From NCBI GenBank assembly GCA_022784465.1, contig JALFUR010000008.1, positions 3,349-67,348 on the forward strand: a stretch of DNA of 64,000 nucleotides. The letters are read 5' to 3'. The stretch comes from Christensenella sp. (GTDB taxonomy: Bacteria > Bacillota > Clostridia > Christensenellales > UBA3700). A model generated the notes under the pieces. That model saw only the letters and a program-made list of their open reading frames with translations, searched no databases and was not told where the DNA came from. Below are positions 30,311 to 40,783 of the stretch, one piece after another (position 1 is the stretch's first letter; each line of letters starts with the position of its first letter). Made by a program: the position numbers and the translations under genes.

Positions 30311-31921
30311 ATGAGCGAATATATCATTGAACTTGTTAATTTGAATAAAAAATATGATACAAAGGCAGTTGTAAAAGATGTTAATTTAAAGATTAAACAA
30401 GGTGAGTTTGTTACAATTTTAGGTCCATCAGGATGCGGAAAAACAACTACACTTAGAATGATTGCCGGATTTGAACAACCAACATCAGGCCAAATATTAT
30501 TCGGTGGAAAAGATATTGCTGGTCTTCCTCCTTACAAAAGAGAAGTAAATACAGTATTCCAAAAATATGCATTGTTCCCTCATCTAAATGTATTTAATAA
30601 TGTTGCTTTTGGCTTAAAACTAAAAAAGATTGTAGACGATAATGGCAAAGAAATTAAATTAAAAGATACTCTTGTTAAACAAATCGTTTACGATAAAGAC
30701 CATAATCCAACTAATGAAACAAAACTAGTTAAATTAAAAAAAGCATATAAATATAAAACAATAAATACTAAAAAAGGCGCACCTAAATTAAAAAAAGTTA
30801 ACCTATGGAAAGAATACATTGATGAAAAAGTAAAAAAAGCACTTAAAATTGTTGGTCTATCTGATTACGAGACAAGAAACGTAAACTCTTTATCTGGCGG
30901 ACAACAACAAAGAGTTGCCATTGCAAGAGCTATTATAAATGAACCAAAAATTCTTTTATTAGATGAACCTCTTGGCGCTCTTGATTTAAAAATGAGACAA
31001 GAAATGCAACTTGAATTAAAAGAAATGCATAAAAAACTTGGAATTACTTTTATCTATGTTACTCACGATCAAGAAGAAGCATTAACAATGTCAGATACAA
31101 TAATTGTTATGAGAGATGGCAAAATCATGCAAAAGGGCTCTCCAATGGAAATATATAACGAACCAGTTAATGCTTATGTCGCTGACTTTATCGGAGAAGC
31201 TAATATCTTTGACGGAATTATGAAAAAAGACAAACTTGTTAATTTCTGCGGAGTAGATGTTGATTGCGTAGATGTTGGATTTGCAGAAAACGAACCTATT
31301 GAAGTAGTTATAAGACCAGAAGATTTGGTAGTAAAAAAACCTGGACAAGGTTTTATAGATGGAGTTATAAAATCTTCAATGTTTAGAGGCGTACACTATG
31401 AAGCAAGCTGTATCGCAAATGGTTACGAATTTATTATTCATAGTACAAAAGAATACCCTGCTGGAACTGAAGTTAGTTTAAGTGTTGATCCTTTTGATAT
31501 TCAAATAATGAAAATCGAAGTTAGAAAGAATGTTGTTCCTGTTGTATTTAAGAGCGAAAATACTTTCTCTTTATATGATGAGATTTACGAATTTGATCCA
31601 ATCGCTTTCTTTGGAGAGCAAACTTCTTCTCTAGACTATATTGGCAAAGAAGGTGTTGTTTCTATTGAATTTGATAAAGTCGACATGACTGATGACGAGT
31701 GGGATGCTCCTCTATCTGGAAACGTTGAATCAATGATATATAAAGGAAAAAATTATTTTGTTACTATTCGAACAGACAATAATAAACACATCTTTGCAAA
31801 TACAGAATACCTATGGGATAAGGGTGATCGTATCGGAATAAGAATTAAGCCTGAAGATTTTACTTTTGAAGGTTTTGAATCAATCGAGGAAATAAAAGAG
31901 GAAATAAAAAATGAAATTTAA
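30311..31921 (+). CDS. potA: Spermidine/putrescine ABC transporter ATPase, enlarged
   Basis: GPSGCGKTT, VNTVFQKYALFPH, LSGGQQQRVA, LLLDEP, YVTHDQEEA; TOBE-like C-terminus apparently duplicated. Confidence 0.92.
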   Translation: MSEYIIELVNLNKKYDTKAVVKDVNLKIKQGEFVTILGPSGCGKTTTLRMIAGFEQPTSGQILFGGKDIAGLPPYKREVNTVFQKYALFPHLNVFNNVAFGLKLKKIVDDNGKEIKLKDTLVKQIVYDKDHNPTNETKLVKLKKAYKYKTINTKKGAPKLKKVNLWKEYIDEKVKKALKIVGLSDYETRNVNSLSGGQQQRVAIARAIINEPKILLLDEPLGALDLKMRQEMQLELKEMHKKLGITFIYVTHDQEEALTMSDTIIVMRDGKIMQKGSPMEIYNEPVNAYVADFIGEANIFDGIMKKDKLVNFCGVDVDCVDVGFAENEPIEVVIRPEDLVVKKPGQGFIDGVIKSSMFRGVHYEASCIANGYEFIIHSTKEYPAGTEVSLSVDPFDIQIMKIEVRKNVVPVVFKSENTFSLYDEIYEFDPIAFFGEQTSSLDYIGKEGVVSIEFDKVDMTDDEWDAPLSGNVESMIYKGKNYFVTIRTDNNKHIFANTEYLWDKGDRIGIRIKPEDFTFEGFESIEEIKEEIKNEI

Positions 31922-32717
31922 GCAATTTTCAAGGAAATATCTTTCTATTCCTTATGGAATCTTTATGGCAGTATTTATAGTGCTACCTTTAATAATCCTA
32001 TTTTTATACTCTTTTGCTGAAAATCAGCAAGATGGATCTTTGTCTTTCTCTTTTACTTTTGAAAACTTTAAACAAGTATTCTCATCGACAAATCTAATAA
32101 TGCTAAAAAGATCTTTTAAAGTAGGAATTATTACTACACTTGTTTGTTTAGTTGCAGGCTACCCTATAGCTTTAATATTAAATAATTCTACATTTAAATA
32201 TAAAAGTGTAATAGTTATGCTATTTATGATTCCAATGTGGGTTAATTTCTTAATAAGAACTCTAGCCACAAAATCTGCATTTAACGCACTTGGTATTCCT
32301 CTAGGAGGATTTGCTGTTACTTTTACTATGATATATAACTATATACCATTTATGATTATGCCTATCTACAATACCATGCAAAAAATTGATAAATGCTTAT
32401 TTGAAGGCGCAAGCGATTTAGGAGCAGGACCTTTTAAAACATTACTAAAAGTTACCTTACCTCTTTCTTTGCCTGGAGTTTTAAGCGGCATTACGATGGT
32501 ATTCATGCCTTCTATAACAACTTTTGCAATAGCAAATATTATGAGTAACAATAAATATTCCCTAGTTGGTGATTATATTCAAAACGAAGCACTAAACGCC
32601 GCTAATTTCAACGTTGCTAGTGCTATAAGTTTAATTATTTTAATCGTAATTGGAATTTCTATGTTTGTAGTAAACAAATACGATAAAGATGGAAGTGCAG
32701 CAGGAGGTATGATGTAA
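31911..32717 (+). CDS. potB: Spermidine/putrescine ABC permease
   Basis: PMWVNFLIR, YNYIPFMIMPIY, EGASDLGA loop. Confidence 0.9.
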   Translation: MKFKQFSRKYLSIPYGIFMAVFIVLPLIILFLYSFAENQQDGSLSFSFTFENFKQVFSSTNLIMLKRSFKVGIITTLVCLVAGYPIALILNNSTFKYKSVIVMLFMIPMWVNFLIRTLATKSAFNALGIPLGGFAVTFTMIYNYIPFMIMPIYNTMQKIDKCLFEGASDLGAGPFKTLLKVTLPLSLPGVLSGITMVFMPSITTFAIANIMSNNKYSLVGDYIQNEALNAANFNVASAISLIILIVIGISMFVVNKYDKDGSAAGGMM

Positions 32718-33556
32718 TGAATAACTCTAAAATTAAATCTATTGCATTAAAATCTTTATCTTGGACTTATGTAGCTATAATACTAGGCATATTATATATT
32801 CCAATTATTTGGATGATTATTTGGTCATTTACTGGTTCTATTTCTTTCTCTAGTTGGAACGGATTTACTTTTGAAAATTATTCCAACTTATTTGTTGGTA
32901 GTCTATCTGACGAGATCTTTAGCGCTCTTTTAAATACACTAATAATCGCTGTTGCTTCTTCTTTTATAGCAACAATTTTAGGAACAGCTGCAGCTATAGG
33001 ATTACACAGCATAAGAAAAAAATGGATAAAAACAACATATAGCAACATAAATCAAATCCCTATGGTAAATTCGGAAATAGTAACCGCTATGTCTATGATG
33101 TTGTTGTTCCAGGTTCTTAGAAGAGTTTTTGGAACTGGTTCTGATGTAGAAATGTTTGAAGTAATTCTTGCTCACGTTACATTCTGCACTCCATATGTGT
33201 TACTAAATGTTGCTCCAAGACTTGCTCAATCAGACAATAAAATCTATGAAGCAGCTTTAGACTTAGGATGCAATTACTGGCAAGCCATATTTAAAGTGGT
33301 AATTCCAGAAATAATGCCAGGTATTATTGTAGGCTTTGTTATGGCATTCACTTTAAGTATTGATGACTTTGTTATAACAGAATTCACAATAGATGGATTT
33401 AGCACAATTTCTACGCTAATATACCATAAAGCATCAGGCAAAAAACCTCTTCCATCAGAGTTTAGGGCATTGTTTACAATAATCTTCTTTGTGGTTCTTG
33501 GACTATTAATATTTATTAATAAGCCACAAAAAGAAATAAAGGAAAATAAAAAATAA
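32717..33556 (+). CDS. potC: Spermidine/putrescine ABC permease
   Basis: LYIPI, AHVTFCTPYV, EAALDLG, FTLSIDDF. Confidence 0.9.
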   Translation: MNNSKIKSIALKSLSWTYVAIILGILYIPIIWMIIWSFTGSISFSSWNGFTFENYSNLFVGSLSDEIFSALLNTLIIAVASSFIATILGTAAAIGLHSIRKKWIKTTYSNINQIPMVNSEIVTAMSMMLLFQVLRRVFGTGSDVEMFEVILAHVTFCTPYVLLNVAPRLAQSDNKIYEAALDLGCNYWQAIFKVVIPEIMPGIIVGFVMAFTLSIDDFVITEFTIDGFSTISTLIYHKASGKKPLPSEFRALFTIIFFVVLGLLIFINKPQKEIKENKK

Positions 33557-33576
33557 ATATATAGGAGTTTTTTAAA

Positions 33577-34854
33577 ATGAAAAGAAAAGTAGTTTTAATT
33601 TTGGCCATCGTGTGTTTAGTTTCTTTGTTAATCGTCCCAGGATTAGCAGGATGCACAAAACGTGAAAACATTTTAAAAGTTTTAAGCGTTGCAGAATATA
33701 TCGATCCTGAACAAATCACTGCATTTGAAAAATATTACAAAGAAATAACAGGCGAAAAAATAACCGTTAAGTATCAAGAAGCTGATACAAACGAATTAAT
33801 GTATGCAAAAATTGCTACAAAAAATTCTGACTATGACATTCTATGCCCTTCAGATTATATGGTAGAAAGAATGTATAAAGAGAACCTATTATTGGATCTT
33901 GCTGAAGATTTAGGTGAAAACGTTGAAGATTATAGAAAGAACGTATCTAGTTTTATTACTGACGAAAACGGATTGTTTGCTTCAATAAGTTCTAAATATT
34001 CATGTGCATATATGTGGGGTACAATGGGTATTGTTTACAATAGAGGAAAAATCCCAACTTCTGAAATTTCTTCACAAGGCTGGGGTGCATTATGGAACTC
34101 AAAATATTCTGGAAAAATCCAAATGAAAGATTCTGTAAGAGATTCTTATGCTGCTGCATCTTTATATACATATAAAAATACTGCGAGTGCACATTACGAT
34201 GCTACAATGACAATCGCACAAGCTCTAAATGCTACAAATGATTCTCAATTAGAAATTGTTAAAAAAATGCTTATTGCTCAATCTCCTTATGTATATGGAT
34301 ACGAAGTAGATGAAGGAAAAACAGATATCGTTTTAGGAAAGACAGACCTATTATTACAATGGTCAGGAGATGCTGTATATACATTAAGTGAAGAACACAT
34401 GGACGAGTGTGGAAAATATCCAGATCTTGCATATTATGTTCCTGAAGAGGGCGCAAATGTTTGGTGCGATTACTGGGTAATTCCTGCTTATGCTGGCAAC
34501 AAGAGAGCTGCGGATTTATGGATAAACTTTATGTGTTCTGATGAAGCTGCAATTGCAAACATGGATTTTATTGGATATACTTCAGCAATAGCTTCACAAG
34601 CAACTTTTGATTACGCTATTGATTATGCAGATTACATGGAAGATGGCGTTTCAATCGATGAAGATAGATACACACATGTAGATTTGTCTTATTTTTTCTC
34701 AACTATTGAAGAAGCAAAAACTCCAGTGTTTACAGACATTGTACAATTCCCTTCTAAAAATATAGTAGATAGATGTGCTGTTATGGTAGATTATGGAGAT
34801 AAAAATGAAACAATTCAAAATCTATGGTATGCAGTTAAATCTAATGCACAATAA
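33577..34854 (+). CDS. potD: Spermidine/putrescine-binding lipoprotein
   Basis: Lipobox LAGC; EYIDP, PSDYMVERM, YMWGTMGIVYN, WSGDA, PEEGANVW. Confidence 0.88.
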   Translation: MKRKVVLILAIVCLVSLLIVPGLAGCTKRENILKVLSVAEYIDPEQITAFEKYYKEITGEKITVKYQEADTNELMYAKIATKNSDYDILCPSDYMVERMYKENLLLDLAEDLGENVEDYRKNVSSFITDENGLFASISSKYSCAYMWGTMGIVYNRGKIPTSEISSQGWGALWNSKYSGKIQMKDSVRDSYAAASLYTYKNTASAHYDATMTIAQALNATNDSQLEIVKKMLIAQSPYVYGYEVDEGKTDIVLGKTDLLLQWSGDAVYTLSEEHMDECGKYPDLAYYVPEEGANVWCDYWVIPAYAGNKRAADLWINFMCSDEAAIANMDFIGYTSAIASQATFDYAIDYADYMEDGVSIDEDRYTHVDLSYFFSTIEEAKTPVFTDIVQFPSKNIVDRCAVMVDYGDKNETIQNLWYAVKSNAQ

Positions 34855-34873
34855 TTAACTCTCTAGATAATTA

Positions 34874-34914
34874 AAAAACCCCTTTTGTTGGATTTTTCAA
34901 TAAAAGGGGTTTTT
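34874..34914. terminator. Bidirectional terminator between potD and the DEAD-box helicase
   Basis: AAAAACCCCTTTTGTTG-loop-CAATAAAAGGGGTTTTT. Confidence 0.88.
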
Positions 34915-34923
34915 GTTTAGCTA

Positions 34924-36513
34924 TTATTTATTTTTATATGCTTGAAATTTTCCTTTTGGAGCAAATTTCTTGTTAATCTTCTCCATTTTCCTTAATCTTT
35001 CTTCTTTTTTACGTTTCTTTTCTTCAGATATTTTTTTATCTTGTCTAGACTCTTTTTTGGAAGTGAAATTTTCTTTTTTGTGTTTATTTTGTTTTTCTTC
35101 AGCTTTTGCTTCCTCTACTTTTAACTTTCTACTACCAATCATAAGTCCATTTAATTTTTGAATTTTCTTAGCATTAACTTCTCCTACTTCTACAAAAGAG
35201 AAGGTATCATCCACTTTTATATCTACAATTTCATGGATGCTTAATCCGCATTTTGATGTTACAAGTTTTGCAAGTGTAGCCTTATCTAACATATCCTTTT
35301 TTCCAACAGTCAAAAAGAACCTCTTGTTAGATGCTAATCTTTCTACTTTATGAAACTTGTTTGAACCATCTTTTGGCAATGTATATGAGCCTTTTAAATC
35401 GTCTAATTCAAAATATTCTAAAGCATTATTTGTCTTCGTCTGATAAGCTTGAACAAATCCAATTTGAGAAGAATCTATAATAGTGTAAGCAATTCCGTCT
35501 GAATTAGCTCTAGCGGTTCTTCCTATTCTATGTACATAAAAATCCGAATCTGATGGCGGATCAATATTGAAGATCGCTTGAATAGCTTCGACATCGATTC
35601 CTCTTGCCGCAACATCAGTAGCAATCAACATCTCATACTTGCCATCCTTGAAATCCTTCATTATTCTTGTTCTGTCTTTTTGTTTCATATCTCCATGGAT
35701 AACAGCCACACTTTGTTTGGCTTTTTTCAAAGCTTCAAAAATCTTTTCTGCTCTACTTTTTGTATTACAAAAAGCAATACATCTTTTGAATTTATTAGAT
35801 TTTAATATTTGTAAAACTGCAGCAATTCTTTGGTCGTCTTTCACCATAGTGTAGTACTGTTTTATCTTTGGAATATCCTCTCCCTCAATTGTTGCTAAAA
35901 CATATTCAGGCTCATAAAACTTTTCTTTTACAATATCTTCTATTTGCTTAGGAATAGTTGCTGAGAATAACATTTTTTGGCATGTTTGCTGTGGTATGGC
36001 TTTTAAGATCTTTTCTATATCTGGTCTAAAGCCCATATCAAGCATTTCATCCCCTTCATCAAGAATGATCATTTTATTCTCTTGTAACTTTAAAGTGTGT
36101 CTATCTAGATGATCTAATATACGACCTGGAGTACCTACAATTACTTGTGGTTTTTTTCTAAGATATAACAATTGCCTTTGAAGGTTTTGTCCGCCATATA
36201 GCCCGGCAACTCTAAATCCTTCATAATACTTAGTTACAGATTTAAAAACATCGCATATCTGTATTACAAGTTCTCTTGTAGGACATACAATTAGTGCCTG
36301 AACTTTATTGTTGTCTGTATTAACCATTTGAATAATTGGCAAAACAAAAGCCAAAGTTTTACCCGTTCCAGTTGGTGCTTTTGCAACAAGGTCTTTTCCT
36401 GAAAAAGCTATAGGTAAAACCTTTTCTTGTATCTCGGACGGATTAACTATGTTTTGCTCATCTAACGCTCTTAAAATATGGCTATCTATTTTAAATTTTT
36501 CAAAATTATTCAT
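34924..36513 (-). CDS. DEAD-box RNA helicase with DbpA-like RNA-binding domain and basic tail (start probably ATG 36513)
   Basis: Q motif PSEIQ, APTGTGKT, PTREL, TPGR, DEGD variant, SAT, ARGID, HRIGRTAR. Confidence 0.92.
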   Translation of the reverse strand: MNNFEKFKIDSHILRALDEQNIVNPSEIQEKVLPIAFSGKDLVAKAPTGTGKTLAFVLPIIQMVNTDNNKVQALIVCPTRELVIQICDVFKSVTKYYEGFRVAGLYGGQNLQRQLLYLRKKPQVIVGTPGRILDHLDRHTLKLQENKMIILDEGDEMLDMGFRPDIEKILKAIPQQTCQKMLFSATIPKQIEDIVKEKFYEPEYVLATIEGEDIPKIKQYYTMVKDDQRIAAVLQILKSNKFKRCIAFCNTKSRAEKIFEALKKAKQSVAVIHGDMKQKDRTRIMKDFKDGKYEMLIATDVAARGIDVEAIQAIFNIDPPSDSDFYVHRIGRTARANSDGIAYTIIDSSQIGFVQAYQTKTNNALEYFELDDLKGSYTLPKDGSNKFHKVERLASNKRFFLTVGKKDMLDKATLAKLVTSKCGLSIHEIVDIKVDDTFSFVEVGEVNAKKIQKLNGLMIGSRKLKVEEAKAEEKQNKHKKENFTSKKESRQDKKISEEKKRKKEERLRKMEKINKKFAPKGKFQAYKNK

Positions 36514-36588
36514 GGCTAAATTATACACTTAAAAATTAAATTTACCTAATGATTTGCCAAGTTTTATATTTGATGTATAATTAATAAT

Positions 36589-37320
36589 ATGAAAACAGCA
36601 GTAATATTTGGTGGTTCAAAAGGTATTGGAGCAGAAATTGCTCGTGAATTTGCAAGAAACAATTATTTTGTAGTAATTAGTTATAATAAATCTAAATCAA
36701 GCGCAGAAAACGTATTACAAGACGTAAAGAATAATGGCGGAGATGGTATTATTATCAAGGCAGATATCTCAAATTATTTTGAGGTTAATGCGCTTGTAGA
36801 TAAAGTTGTTTTATTAAGAAAAACTATCGATGTTGCAATTATGAATGCAGGCATTTCTAAAACTTCTCTTCTAATTGACTCATCAATTGAAGATATTCAA
36901 GAACTTGTAAATACAAATTTATTGGGAACTATATACTGCTGCAAAGCTATTGCTGCTATTATGTGTTCTCAACACTCAGGAAAAATTATTAATATAGCTT
37001 CTATGTGGGGAGAAGTTGGCGCTAGCTGTGAAAGTGTATACTCCGCAACAAAAGGAGGTATTATAGCCTTAACCAAATCTTTAGCAAAAGAATTGGGCTA
37101 CAATAGCATTAATGTAAATGCAATATCTCCAGGATTAATAAATACAGACATGAATGCTCATTTATCTAAACAAGATATTTCAGACATAATAGACATGACG
37201 CCGTCTTCTAGAATTGGAAATCCATCAGATATAGCAAAGGCCGCTATTTGGCTTGCTAGTGATGATGCAAGTTACATAAACGGCCAAGTTATTTCCATTA
37301 ATGGTGGATTTGTTATTTAG
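36589..37320 (+). CDS. SDR oxidoreductase, FabG/YmfI-like (possible EF-P 5-aminopentanone reductase)
   Basis: GGSKGIG, NAG, SMWGEVGASCE..YSATK (YxxxK), VNAISPG. Confidence 0.8.
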   Translation: MKTAVIFGGSKGIGAEIAREFARNNYFVVISYNKSKSSAENVLQDVKNNGGDGIIIKADISNYFEVNALVDKVVLLRKTIDVAIMNAGISKTSLLIDSSIEDIQELVNTNLLGTIYCCKAIAAIMCSQHSGKIINIASMWGEVGASCESVYSATKGGIIALTKSLAKELGYNSINVNAISPGLINTDMNAHLSKQDISDIIDMTPSSRIGNPSDIAKAAIWLASDDASYINGQVISINGGFVI

Positions 37321-39017
37321 TTTGGTTCATCAGAAACTTCTATTTCAATATCAAAATCATTTAATGCTTTTTGCAAATTAGAATCAGATACGATTCCTGC
37401 ATTTGATCTTCCTATAACATATACTCTAACGGCATCTAATGAGGAAAGTTTTATTCCATTAAATGCATCTTCTTCAAATATATATTCTTCAGTTGAACTA
37501 GCACTGCTAGAAGCAAAATAGAAATATTCAATCATGCTTCCGTTAAATGCATTATCTTCAATTACTGTTGTTTTTGCAGGTATACATAATTTTGTAAACG
37601 CACTTCCAGAAAAAGCATAAGATTTTATTGCAGTTATTGGCTTATTCAATAAGCTTTTAAAAGTATATACTTTTTTTGAATCTATCTCTAAATAAGAATT
37701 TGTGTCATCGCTAAATCTTCCTACATATGAAATTAATTCATTGTCATTATTTAATACTATAAAATGCTTTTTCTTTGTAGGAGTATTTCCTGAATAGTAT
37801 TCAGGTAAACTTTCTACTGTAAAGTTATCATTGTATAATATATTTTCTGTTGTTCCATCTTCTTTAGTATGTCTAAATTTAACATAATAATCTACAACCT
37901 TTGTATTGGTGCTTGTTGAATTGAAAAATGCCAACGCGCCATCTCCAATATATTCTGTTTTTTCACTTAAAACTAAATCTTTTGCAGATAATAATTTTAT
38001 ACAACCCATAAACATGCCATCAGATATAGTAGTTACCTTGTTTGCTAATGCCACTTCTATTAAGTTAATGTCATATGCAAAAGCATATTTGCCCACGCCA
38101 ATTTCTTCACTATCCTCATTTTGTTCAAAAACAACACGATTCAAAGAAGAAGAACCACTAAAAGCATAATCTCCAATCATTGTTACAGATGGAGCAATTC
38201 TAAAGTATTTAAAATTGTTAGATATTGAAGCAAAGGCATATGAGCCAATAGTTGTTAATTTAGGTAAATATAATTCATTTAAGCCACTTTCTGAACCTAC
38301 ATATGATTTATAAAAGGCATATGAACCAATAGTTTTAATTCCGTATTCTCCCTCTTTATTATATAAAGCAATCTTTTGTAAACCACTTTCTCTGAACGAA
38401 TAATTACCTATTGTTTCTAAATTTTCAGAAACTCTAATTGCGTCAAGTGCTCCGCATTGATAAAATGCATAATCGCAAATTTCTGTTACAGATTGAGGAA
38501 TATTTAACCATCTATATCCATCACTTTCTGCCTCATAATCTTTTGTTAAAGACGTACATCCATAAAAAGCATAGTTGCCTATATATTTAATATTTTGAGG
38601 TAATCCAACGCTCTTTAGTCCTGTACATCCATTAAAACAATAATCAGGAATATACTCTAACCCCTCAGGCAATTTAACATATTCAAGTTTTGTTGAACCT
38701 GCAAAACATTTATCTGCTAATTTAACATCTTTTGCGTCATCATCAAAACTAATACGAGTTACTTCTGTATCAGTAAAAGCTCCTGCAGAAATAGATACTA
38801 ATTTTTTTCCGCCTATTTTGGAAGAGATAGTAATTGAAGTATCTTCTCCTTCATATGAAACAATAGTAACGCCATTGCCCTCACTGCGAACGATGTAGTC
38901 GTCTAATTTAAAATTATTGCCCTTTTCAATAGAATTTAGATATACCCCAAGTATTGTTGCCCCTATAGCAACAAAAATTATTGAGAGTAAAGCAATTAAT
39001 TTTGCGTATTTTTTCAT
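37317..39017 (-). CDS. BspA-like leucine-rich-repeat surface protein
   Basis: N-terminal TM/signal segment; many xIGxYAFxxCxxL LRR_5 repeats. Confidence 0.85.
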   Translation of the reverse strand: MKKYAKLIALLSIIFVAIGATILGVYLNSIEKGNNFKLDDYIVRSEGNGVTIVSYEGEDTSITISSKIGGKKLVSISAGAFTDTEVTRISFDDDAKDVKLADKCFAGSTKLEYVKLPEGLEYIPDYCFNGCTGLKSVGLPQNIKYIGNYAFYGCTSLTKDYEAESDGYRWLNIPQSVTEICDYAFYQCGALDAIRVSENLETIGNYSFRESGLQKIALYNKEGEYGIKTIGSYAFYKSYVGSESGLNELYLPKLTTIGSYAFASISNNFKYFRIAPSVTMIGDYAFSGSSSLNRVVFEQNEDSEEIGVGKYAFAYDINLIEVALANKVTTISDGMFMGCIKLLSAKDLVLSEKTEYIGDGALAFFNSTSTNTKVVDYYVKFRHTKEDGTTENILYNDNFTVESLPEYYSGNTPTKKKHFIVLNNDNELISYVGRFSDDTNSYLEIDSKKVYTFKSLLNKPITAIKSYAFSGSAFTKLCIPAKTTVIEDNAFNGSMIEYFYFASSSASSTEEYIFEEDAFNGIKLSSLDAVRVYVIGRSNAGIVSDSNLQKALNDFDIEIEVSDEPN

Positions 39018-39027
39018 ATTTCAACCT

Positions 39028-40695
39028 CTATCTAATTAGTATCTTTTCGACATCATAGATGTCTTCACTATCTGTAATATTATTCATTTTTAATGTGTTA
39101 CATTTTCTTGGTGTAACATTAAAGTCTAAGACTGTAATACCATATACATGTCTACAGAACAATCCATACACAGGCATATCATAGTATACACTATTGTCAT
39201 GCGAATTCATATAGAAATGAAGCACTCTTGTTATTTCTGGATAACCATTCATTGATAGTTCATAATCGCTTGGACCTACATTTAAAGATTCCTTTGTATC
39301 TCTATACGTAACATCAAAGTTAGCAAGACGAACGCCTTCAACTCTATATTCTTTTTTATCAACTACACATCCTGTTATTGCACTGGCAAGTTCAACATCT
39401 ATAGCTTCAATATTTGTAACACTTATATTCTTTATAGAACCCATTTCCCCATTTGAGCCTTTATTTGCATCTAATCTGTTTCCTAGCCAAATTAATAGAG
39501 GAGAGGAAATTCCTTCCATATAAATATGATCTATTACAACATCGCTTATATTAGAACCATCTGCGGATTCTATAGCAATGCCTGCATAACCACCTACAAT
39601 TTCTGGCATAAAGAAATAACAATTATATACTTTAATATTTTCAATATCTTTTGAAGTCTCAGTTCCAATTTTAAAGCAATTTGCCATAGATAAAATTGTG
39701 CATCTATTAACTTCAACTTTATCTACTTCTTCACTGCCATTTGCCTTTATGCAAATACCATCATCTGCAGTTGAGATAAAACAGTGGTCAATTTCAACTT
39801 TTTGAGAACTTACTATATCAAAACCATCTGCATTTGCTACATGAATATGATTATCAATAATACAATCTTCTATCTTTATATTATCGCTGTCTATAATTTT
39901 GCATGTCCAGTTAGCTGCTTCATAATAAACCAAGTTTTTAATTTTTAAGTCTGAGCAATTCTCAAAATACATCAAATTAGGTCTATTTGAAGTACGAGCT
40001 TCTCTTAGTCTTTTTCTTGCTTCAAGAACTCTATCTTTTACATTAAATTCATCAAGTGGCATTAAAGGCGAATCATTTAGTGCCTCGTTTGTGTAAGTTG
40101 TACCATTTCCAACTAGTTTTCCTGGACCATATATCTTAATATTCTCTGCGTCTTTTGCATAAAGAAGAGCAGGACCATCTTTTTCTATGGAAAATTCTAC
40201 TTCGTAATATAAAGAATGGCTATAACCAACGCTTTCAATAAAGCAATCTTTTTCAATAATTAAAGTTATATTGCTTTTTAATTCTATAGGCAAAGATACA
40301 AAGGAAACATCAATAACTATAGTTCCGCCCTTTTCTCCTAAATCTTCAATTACGCTTTCAACAATATTTTTATTTTCAACGGGGCTGGTAGTATTTGTTA
40401 TTCCTTTATTAGATATTTTTACTACTTTGTCCTCGTTATATGAAGCATCTTCTAAATAATCTTCATAATTAATATTTGAAATATGAGAATATGTCTCATC
40501 AAAAACATATTCTTTCTCTACTAAATCATCAATAGATTTATATGAAAGCAAATATTTTGGAAAAGAATAATACAACAAAAATACGCTCATAAAAACAGAA
40601 AACAAAATTAGACCAATCAAAATAATTACAATTGTAACAATGATTGATTTATTCTTCTTTTTTATAGGTTTATCTTGTAATATTTCTTCAGACAT
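39028..40695 (-). CDS. Membrane-anchored GH28/pectin-lyase-fold glycosidase
   Basis: N-terminal TM helix; ELKSNITL, NADGFD, TADDGICIK, KIGTE; beta-helix repeats. Confidence 0.8.
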   Translation of the reverse strand: MSEEILQDKPIKKKNKSIIVTIVIILIGLILFSVFMSVFLLYYSFPKYLLSYKSIDDLVEKEYVFDETYSHISNINYEDYLEDASYNEDKVVKISNKGITNTTSPVENKNIVESVIEDLGEKGGTIVIDVSFVSLPIELKSNITLIIEKDCFIESVGYSHSLYYEVEFSIEKDGPALLYAKDAENIKIYGPGKLVGNGTTYTNEALNDSPLMPLDEFNVKDRVLEARKRLREARTSNRPNLMYFENCSDLKIKNLVYYEAANWTCKIIDSDNIKIEDCIIDNHIHVANADGFDIVSSQKVEIDHCFISTADDGICIKANGSEEVDKVEVNRCTILSMANCFKIGTETSKDIENIKVYNCYFFMPEIVGGYAGIAIESADGSNISDVVIDHIYMEGISSPLLIWLGNRLDANKGSNGEMGSIKNISVTNIEAIDVELASAITGCVVDKKEYRVEGVRLANFDVTYRDTKESLNVGPSDYELSMNGYPEITRVLHFYMNSHDNSVYYDMPVYGLFCRHVYGITVLDFNVTPRKCNTLKMNNITDSEDIYDVEKILIR

Positions 40696-40708
40696 ATTAT
40701 TCTTATGT

Positions 40709-40729
40709 GCAAAATATTCAATATTTTGC
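40709..40729. promoter_or_regulatory. Perfect 21-bp palindrome (operator candidate) upstream of the GH28 gene
   Basis: GCAAAATATT-C-AATATTTTGC between an extended -10 (TGtTATAAT, 40748-40756 minus) and ATG 40695. Confidence 0.6.
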
Positions 40730-40783
40730 GCTTATATAATTATAATCATTATAACACACGCATAGACGCAAATGAAATATAAA

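Noticed and set aside
36045-36065. DEGD instead of DEAD in the helicase
   Set aside because: Fits the general DExD motif and all other helicase motifs are intact; not evidence of a pseudogene
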